A stretch of DNA of 40,413 nt from a virus (taxonomy: Duplodnaviria; Caudoviricetes): positions 1-40,413 of IMG/VR virus record IMGVR_UViG_3300031520_000010, one strand, 5' to 3'. Of the stretch, positions 35,506-40,413 are shown one piece after another. A program made the position numbers and the translations under genes. The notes under the pieces were generated by a model that was not told the DNA's origin, did not search any database, and was given only the letters and a program-made list of their open reading frames with translations. The stretch's first letter is position 1. Every line of letters begins with the position of its first letter.

Positions 35506-36593
35506 GCCGCGGCCTTGTCGAGCGCGCCGAGGTAGCGGCGCATGTCGGCGACGGTGGCGTTCCCGGCGTCGACTTTGGTGATGGCGGCGAAGTTCTGCTC
35601 GACCTCGGTGGAGCTCCACTCGGGTGGGACGCGCTTGAGGATCTGCTGCCACAGCTCATCCGGGTCACCGGATGGCTCGACGGTTCCTGTCCCGCTTGAT
35701 GGTGGTGAGCCGAGCGGCTGGCCGGTGATGCGTGCACGCGCCTCGCGGCCTGCCTTGGCGACCCGGTCGGATTTGGAGGACGCCCGCCACAGCTCCGTCA
35801 ACTCCGCGTCGGTGGTGGCCGACAGAAGCAGCTCAAGCGTGGTGGCGTCGTCTCGGCCGACCTCGGCACCTAGGGCCGGCGCGGAATGCTGGGGGCTGAC
35901 GGCGATGGCGGCCTGCACCTGACCGGTGAGCAGCTGCGCGGTGGTGTGCCCGCGCAGCTCCACCGCGACCACGGGGAACTGCTTGGTCTGCCCGTTCGCG
36001 ACCCGGGTCCGCTGCTCGATCCGCAGCGCGACCGGGACCATCGTGGCGCCGCCGGTTGCGGACCGGATCATGTCGACGGTCGCGGCGATCTCGTTGGCGG
36101 CGTGGAAGCTGTGGGTCTCCAGGCGGAACACCCCGAAGTCGGGCATGTCGGGGAGGATGACGTTCAGCCTCGAGGTCGCCGAGCAGACGACGCCCTTGCG
36201 CTGCTCGAACCAGCTGTCCCCGAACTGGGCGCGGCACAGGCACGGGCTGTCCGTGAGGGACTCGGTTTCGCCGTCGCAGCGGCGGTCGCAGCCCCCACCG
36301 GACCACAGCTCGTAGGCCTGGCTGAGCGGGTCCCCGGGCGGGAGGATCGCTTCCAGGCTTGACGCTTCGGTGACGACCCGCCACTGCTGGGCGCCGTTGC
36401 CGAGGGGCTGCCACTGCTCTGGTCGGCCGCCGAACAGGTCCCCGGCGGCGCGGACGTAGTGCTCGGCGTGGCTGGTGAGCACCCACGTCCCGGACCTGAC
36501 CGGGCGGGGTTTGGCGCCGGACGTGTCGGTGAGCCCTGTGCGCAGACGCCCAAGTTCCCGAGCTTGTCGCTGGAGGGTGGCGATGCGGGTCAC
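35502..36593 (-). CDS. Gp3-like (recombination directionality factor-like) recombination protein
   Basis: ELGRLRTG, YELWS.GGC.RRCDG, PCLC, C..T.RLNV.LP, GVFRLET.S..AA.E. Confidence 0.65.
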   Translation of the reverse strand: MTRIATLQRQARELGRLRTGLTDTSGAKPRPVRSGTWVLTSHAEHYVRAAGDLFGGRPEQWQPLGNGAQQWRVVTEASSLEAILPPGDPLSQAYELWSGGGCDRRCDGETESLTDSPCLCRAQFGDSWFEQRKGVVCSATSRLNVILPDMPDFGVFRLETHSFHAANEIAATVDMIRSATGGATMVPVALRIEQRTRVANGQTKQFPVVAVELRGHTTAQLLTGQVQAAIAVSPQHSAPALGAEVGRDDATTLELLLSATTDAELTELWRASSKSDRVAKAGREARARITGQPLGSPPSSGTGTVEPSGDPDELWQQILKRVPPEWSSTEVEQNFAAITKVDAGNATVADMRRYLGALDKAAA

Positions 36594-36772
36594 CGAGCAC
36601 GCTCCATCAGGTAGGCACGCTCGATCAGATAGGCGCGGTTGGCCGCGCGCTGAGGATCGGACGGTGGCGGCGAATCGTCTACGTAGCGAGCGATCCGCAG
36701 GAAGTCCCTACGGCTGACGTGGCTGACGACCCAGACGCACAAGCGCGTCTGCCAGTCTGGTGCTCTCGTCAC
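36590..36772 (-). CDS. Small hypothetical protein
   Basis: GTGA-coupled, 60 aa. Confidence 0.5.
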   Translation of the reverse strand: MTRAPDWQTRLCVWVVSHVSRRDFLRIARYVDDSPPPSDPQRAANRAYLIERAYLMERAR

Positions 36773-37149
36773 TGGTCGCCCTCACCATCGGCCTGGTCGA
36801 GGATCTCGCCGGTGGTCGGGTCGAGACGGCCGAACACGTCGGCCAACTCCTGCTCGACGTCCAACGGCAGCACCGTCTTGCCTGTGCGCGACTCGAACGC
36901 CCGGTTCGCGATCCGGCCGAGTGCGGCCCGGTCGTCGTCGCGGCCGATCGGCTCGATCCGCCGGACCCGGAAGGTCGGCACGTCCTCGCCGCTGTCGACG
37001 TCGTGCGTGATCGCCTTGCAGTCGAGGACGACGACCGCGACGATCTTGATGTCCGAGTCGGCGACAGCAGCCTCGGCAACGACGCCGAGCCCGTTCATCT
37101 CGTCGGCCTTCGGCAGTGCGCTCGCCATCTTGACGGTGTGCTCGCTCAT
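36769..37149 (-). CDS. Hypothetical protein
   Basis: ATG at 37149; LP....NGL, D.DSGE.VPT.RVRRIE, RTGK..LP. Confidence 0.65.
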   Translation of the reverse strand: MSEHTVKMASALPKADEMNGLGVVAEAAVADSDIKIVAVVVLDCKAITHDVDSGEDVPTFRVRRIEPIGRDDDRAALGRIANRAFESRTGKTVLPLDVEQELADVFGRLDPTTGEILDQADGEGDQ

Positions 37150-37979
37150 GCCGCGTTCTCCGCTTCGGTGTGGGCGTGGGTGATGTCGGGGAGCGCGTCT
37201 CCGCGCAGAGCCTTGACGGCGGGCTCGGAGCAGTGCTCCGCGACGCCCTTCGCGGCGAGGAACATCTGGTAGGCCTCGTCGTCGGCGACCATCGGGTAGA
37301 CGGCGTACCCGCGGGGGTAGCCGGCGTCGGGGCGGACGTGCACGACGACGGCACGCTCGATGCCCTGTGGGAGCTCGACCTTGGTGCCGTCGCGTAGCCA
37401 CCCGGCTTCGGCGCGGCGGTAGGCGGCCATCTGCAAGCCGGCCTCGCCGTACACGCCGCGGCCGGTCTTGTAGTCCACCAGGCTCAGCCCAGGGCCCAGC
37501 AGAGGCAGCGACCCAATCCCGTCGAGGGTGCCGGCCCAGCCGTCGGTGAGGTTCGCGACGACCAGCTCGGACGCCTCCCAGTCGGGGGCGTAGTCGGCGA
37601 GGAACCGGGCGTGCGCCGAGACGAAGTGCATCGCGTCCTCGGGCACGTCGGGTGCGGGCTCACCGAGAGCGGTGGCCTCGAAGTACCGGTGCAACAGGGA
37701 CCCGAGCTCGGCGGCGGTGTCCCGCTTACGTTCGGCGGCGCGCTTGAGGTGGTCGACCATCGCCTCGCGGGCCGGGGCCCCGCGCATCCGGGCCAGCTGC
37801 GGCGCGGACTCCACTGCGGCGAGCGCGACCTCCTTAGCGGCCCAGTGCATGAGCGCCGGCTTGGGGATCCCTTTGCCGAGGATCGTGGTGACCGACAGGA
37901 GCTTCTGCCCGTCGATGGCGTAGTAGCCGCTGCGGTCCCGCTTCGGCTGCGCGGGAGCGGTGCTCTTGCGGACGGTCAT
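37146..37979 (-). CDS. Cas4-like/PD-(D/E)XK exonuclease
   Basis: ATG at 37979; SVTTIL, G..LH, SE..V, WAGTLD, VDYKTG, LQMAAY. Confidence 0.85.
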   Translation of the reverse strand: MTVRKSTAPAQPKRDRSGYYAIDGQKLLSVTTILGKGIPKPALMHWAAKEVALAAVESAPQLARMRGAPAREAMVDHLKRAAERKRDTAAELGSLLHRYFEATALGEPAPDVPEDAMHFVSAHARFLADYAPDWEASELVVANLTDGWAGTLDGIGSLPLLGPGLSLVDYKTGRGVYGEAGLQMAAYRRAEAGWLRDGTKVELPQGIERAVVVHVRPDAGYPRGYAVYPMVADDEAYQMFLAAKGVAEHCSEPAVKALRGDALPDITHAHTEAENAA

Positions 37980-38302
37980 CGTGGCTCCCGGCCGCTGGTG
38001 TACTCGACCATCGATCGCATCTCGGCGTTGCTGAGCCCGTCCGGGTGGTCGTCGTCCCACTGCTGCATCTCGGCGGCCCGGTCGTACTCGTCCTGCTGCC
38101 GGTCGAGGTCGTCCCATTTCTGCAGTGCGGCGTCGAGGTCGGTGACGGCCTGGCGGAGCAGGTCGAGGACGACGCCCGCGCGGTCCTGCACGGGCCCGGC
38201 GGGCATGAACCCGTGGTGCCGGTCCAGGCGGGGCACGGCGTTCTTCATCTGGTGCAGGGTTTCCTCGGCGACGGCGAGGTACCCGCCGAGATCGGTGCTC
38301 AC
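37976..38302 (-). CDS. Hypothetical protein
   Basis: GTGA-coupled, 108 aa, acidic. Confidence 0.55.
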   Translation of the reverse strand: MSTDLGGYLAVAEETLHQMKNAVPRLDRHHGFMPAGPVQDRAGVVLDLLRQAVTDLDAALQKWDDLDRQQDEYDRAAEMQQWDDDHPDGLSNAEMRSMVEYTSGREPR

Positions 38303-38628
38303 TTCGCGACGTCCCACTCGTAGTCGTTACCGTTGAACCAGAAGGTGACGGGCGTGTCGATCCCGATCGGGGTGTTGTCGGGACCGCACTCGTTCAACGC
38401 GTCCCACAGCAGGATCTGGCAGGCGCCCTTGTCCGCCCGCGGGTGCTCCCGCTCGTCACCGTCCGGACCGTCGTTGGAGTAGCAGGGCCAGCCCTCGGCC
38501 CCGCAGCCCGGCTCGACACACGCAACGCGACAGTCGGCTCCGGGCTCGGACTGGCAGGCGAAGTTCAAGTTGGTCCTGTCGCGGTCGTGGACGGCCGTGA
38601 CCGTGTGGTGCATCGTTGGCGCGCTCAC
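38299..38628 (-). CDS. Hypothetical Cys-rich protein
   Basis: GTGA-coupled, 109 aa. Confidence 0.55.
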   Translation of the reverse strand: MSAPTMHHTVTAVHDRDRTNLNFACQSEPGADCRVACVEPGCGAEGWPCYSNDGPDGDEREHPRADKGACQILLWDALNECGPDNTPIGIDTPVTFWFNGNDYEWDVAK

Positions 38629-39047
38629 TGGGCACCGTCCACGGCGTACGCGGCGCGGAGAGCGACGCGCATGTCGTCCAGAGCGTCTGAGGCGACGGCG
38701 ATCCATGTGGCCAGCGCTGCCTCGACCGCCACGTCGCTCGGCTCGGCCCGCGTGGGCAGGCCGACATGGTGGTGCCGCAAGGCGCGCAGTACCGCGACCA
38801 CGATCCTGGTGCCGCCGATGGTTGACCACGAGTAGCCGTTGGTGAGGGCCGCGTCCTCGGCTGCCTGCCATGCCTCTCGGACCTGCTCTTGGTCGTCCGG
38901 GTCGATCGGTCGCAGCGGCGCGGGCACGACGGACAGGGCCAAGCGGGTGTCGGCCAGCGCCTCGCGTGTCGGCGTCCGGCCACCGCACATCTCGCGGGCG
39001 CCCGCCTCGACCAGCTCGGGCACGTCAGCTGCGGTGCGCGCGGTCAT
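38625..39047 (-). CDS. Hypothetical protein
   Basis: ATG at 39047, 140 aa. Confidence 0.55.
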   Translation of the reverse strand: MTARTAADVPELVEAGAREMCGGRTPTREALADTRLALSVVPAPLRPIDPDDQEQVREAWQAAEDAALTNGYSWSTIGGTRIVVAVLRALRHHHVGLPTRAEPSDVAVEAALATWIAVASDALDDMRVALRAAYAVDGAQ

Positions 39048-39169
39048 CGTCCGACCGCCCGTCGGAGCCACCGGCGCAGCCCGGCGAGCAGGGGCGTGGG
39101 CGGGGTGTCGTCGTGGCGGCGGGCCTGCTGGTGGTCGACGGGGGAGGTGTTCTCCCAGCGGGCGGTCAC
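39044..39169 (-). CDS. Small hypothetical protein (41 aa, not in track)
   Basis: GTGA/ATGA-coupled at both ends. Confidence 0.45.
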   Translation of the reverse strand: MTARWENTSPVDHQQARRHDDTPPTPLLAGLRRWLRRAVGR

Positions 39170-39285
39170 CGGAACATCGCCCAGAGCAGCGGGCCGCCGA
39201 GGGCGGCGATGCACAGGCCGCCGAGCAGCATGGCGGCGGCTTCGCTCAGCCGGTCACGGCGGGAGCGGGGGTGGGGATGGGTCAT
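39166..39285 (-). CDS. Small membrane protein (39 aa)
   Basis: AGAAGGG SD, ATG at 39285; one hydrophobic segment. Confidence 0.5.
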   Translation of the reverse strand: MTHPHPRSRRDRLSEAAAMLLGGLCIAALGGPLLWAMFR

Positions 39286-39356
39286 CTCGTACCCTTCTGG
39301 TGGTTGCAGCCGTTCGCGTCCTCCCGGCAAGAGCGGGCGCGGCGGCTGCTGCTTGC

Positions 39357-39749
39357 TCAGCGGGCGGATGCGCCCGGAGCGGTCGTGCTGGTGTGGTCCT
39401 CCGAGGTGGTGGGGGCCGCCAGGGAGGCGTCTCGGGTCCCGCCGGCGAGGGTCTGCTCGGCGGCGATCACGCGGCGTTCCATCGCGGCGAAGTCCCCGCG
39501 GATGGCGTTGCGCTGCCGCTGCACCTCGGCGTGGTCCAACCTGAGCTGGACGACCTGGTTGCGCAGGGTCGCGATCGTGGCGCTCGCCTTGCGGTGTGCG
39601 GCCCACCCGCTCTCCGCGTACTCCGTGGCTCGGGAAAGGTCATCCCAGAGTTCGGCGTTCGTGGGGTGCCGGTGCCGCGCCCGGTGCCAGGCGCGGGCCA
39701 GTCGATCGACGATCGGGTTGTAGCGGTCGGCGGGGCCGGCGGCGTTCAC
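39357..39749 (-). CDS. Hypothetical coiled-coil protein
   Basis: GTGA-coupled to the Cro-like gene, 130 aa. Confidence 0.55.
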   Translation of the reverse strand: MNAAGPADRYNPIVDRLARAWHRARHRHPTNAELWDDLSRATEYAESGWAAHRKASATIATLRNQVVQLRLDHAEVQRQRNAIRGDFAAMERRVIAAEQTLAGGTRDASLAAPTTSEDHTSTTAPGASAR

Positions 39750-39970
39750 GCGACGGCCTCGGCGGGGAGGAGCTGGCGGGCGGTGGTGTTCAGCAGGGCC
39801 GCGATCGACGCCAGCTCGGACGGCCGGAACTCGACGTCTCCAGCTAGGCGGCGGTGCATCGCGGATCGTGAGATGCCAGCGGCATCGGCAAGTGCGGGCG
39901 CTCCAACTCGGCACGCGCCCATCGCGGCTCGCACGTTTCGTGCGACTGCGTCATCGGGACTGTGCATCAT
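39746..39970 (-). CDS. Cro-like XRE helix-turn-helix protein
   Basis: LADAAGISRSAMHRRLAG..EFR.SEL..IA..L; divergent from the repressor. Confidence 0.8.
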   Translation of the reverse strand: MMHSPDDAVARNVRAAMGACRVGAPALADAAGISRSAMHRRLAGDVEFRPSELASIAALLNTTARQLLPAEAVA

Positions 39971-39976
39971 GGAGCG

Positions 39977-40005
39977 AGACTGTACTCCTGTGAGCGATAC
40001 GTCAA
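39977..40005 (-). promoter_or_regulatory. Leftward (lytic) promoter, probably leaderless
   Basis: TTGACG-17 nt-CAGTCT, 6 nt before ATG 39970 (TACAGT with a 15 nt spacer is an alternative -10). Confidence 0.6.
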
Positions 40006-40071
40006 GAGGCCACGACACACCTGTGACCACGGCCACGTATCACTCCGCGACGCGATCAACCGCTGAGCGGG

Positions 40072-40101
40072 TTGACATCTCGGCTGGATGCACACCACGA
40101 T
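40072..40101 (+). promoter_or_regulatory. Repressor promoter, probably leaderless
   Basis: TTGACA-18 nt-CACGAT, 6 nt before ATG 40108. Confidence 0.6.
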
Positions 40102-40107
40102 GAGCCC

Positions 40108-40365
40108 ATGACCACGATGCAGGTACCGCCGATCCGAACCGCCCTCGCTGCGGCGATCAAGGCGGAGATGGCGGGCCAGGACGTCAGCCAGCGCGAGATG
40201 TCACTACGGCTGAAGCAGGACCCCAACTGGCTGAACCGCCGGCTGAAGGCGAAGGTGCCGCTCACGATCGATGAGGTGGACACCATCGCTGGGCAGCTGA
40301 AGGTGTCGGTGGGGGCACTGCTGGCAGCGGCGAGCGAGCGTCTGCGCCGGACGACTCTCGATTAG
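40108..40365 (+). CDS. Immunity repressor (XRE HTH), 85 aa
   Basis: IKAEMA...VSQREMS.RL.....WLNRRL.....LTIDEV..IA..L; the only credible plus-strand gene. Confidence 0.8.
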   Translation: MTTMQVPPIRTALAAAIKAEMAGQDVSQREMSLRLKQDPNWLNRRLKAKVPLTIDEVDTIAGQLKVSVGALLAAASERLRRTTLD

Positions 40366-40399
40366 AAGTCGGCTGCTCTTTCCGCTGAGCTACGGGGGC
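40359..40399 (-). pseudogene. 5' half of tRNA-Arg(TCT); probable attachment site junction
   Basis: GCCCCCG TA GCTC AGCGGAAA GAGC A GCCGA CTTCTAA TCG; the match then breaks, with no T-arm or 3' acceptor strand. Confidence 0.8.
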
Positions 40400-40413
40400 G
40401 CGTCTCCATGGTG

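Larger units (their letters stand above)
1..40399 (-). mobile_element. Temperate actinobacterial siphovirus/prophage (HK97-type head, long non-contractile tail); left part lies beyond the window
   Basis: Syntenic terminase-portal-protease-capsid-neck-tail-tape measure-holin order; repressor/Cro switch; WhiB; tRNA fragment at the right end. Confidence 0.95.

Noticed and set aside
37146-37979. Cas4-like gene as evidence of CRISPR-Cas
   Set aside because: No repeat-spacer array or other cas genes; stand-alone exonucleases of this type are common in phages
39306-39349. Intergenic imperfect hairpin gcagccg...cggctgc
   Set aside because: Short and imperfect in GC-rich DNA with no U-tract; a function cannot be supported
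40359-40399. Intact tRNA-Arg gene
   Set aside because: Only the acceptor 5' strand, D-arm and anticodon loop are present; no T-arm or 3' acceptor strand
1-40413. Integrase, endolysin, reverse transcriptase/DGR, or a complete toxin-antitoxin or restriction system
   Set aside because: No supporting motifs found in the window

Overview
High-GC window (roughly 70% by eye, not computed) holding most of a temperate actinobacterial siphovirus, probably an integrated prophage. Almost all genes are on the minus strand and many are coupled by ATGA/GTGA overlaps. Reading from the right end: (1) the 5' half of a tRNA-Arg(TCT) gene, probably an att site, overlapping the stop codon of a plus-strand HTH repressor; (2) a divergent Cro-like gene; (3) an early region with a Cas4-like exonuclease, Gp3-like protein, Holliday junction resolvase, WhiB, permuted papain-like amidase, C5 DNA methyltransferase, helicase and candidate iterons; (4) HNH, terS, terL, an Sm-like gene, portal, protease and an HK97 capsid gene; (5) a ~430 nt non-coding, highly structured interval; (6) neck and tail genes and a tape measure with NlpC/P60 and SLT-like domains; (7) a large appendage cassette (PKD/FN3, circularly permuted GH5, LamG-like, beta-helix); (8) membrane/holin genes cut by the left edge. 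No integrase or endolysin is in the window. The best candidate for an undescribed system is the large nested ncRNA after the capsid gene together with the Sm/Hfq-like protein in the same head operon. All family calls come from reading motifs by eye; no database search was run.
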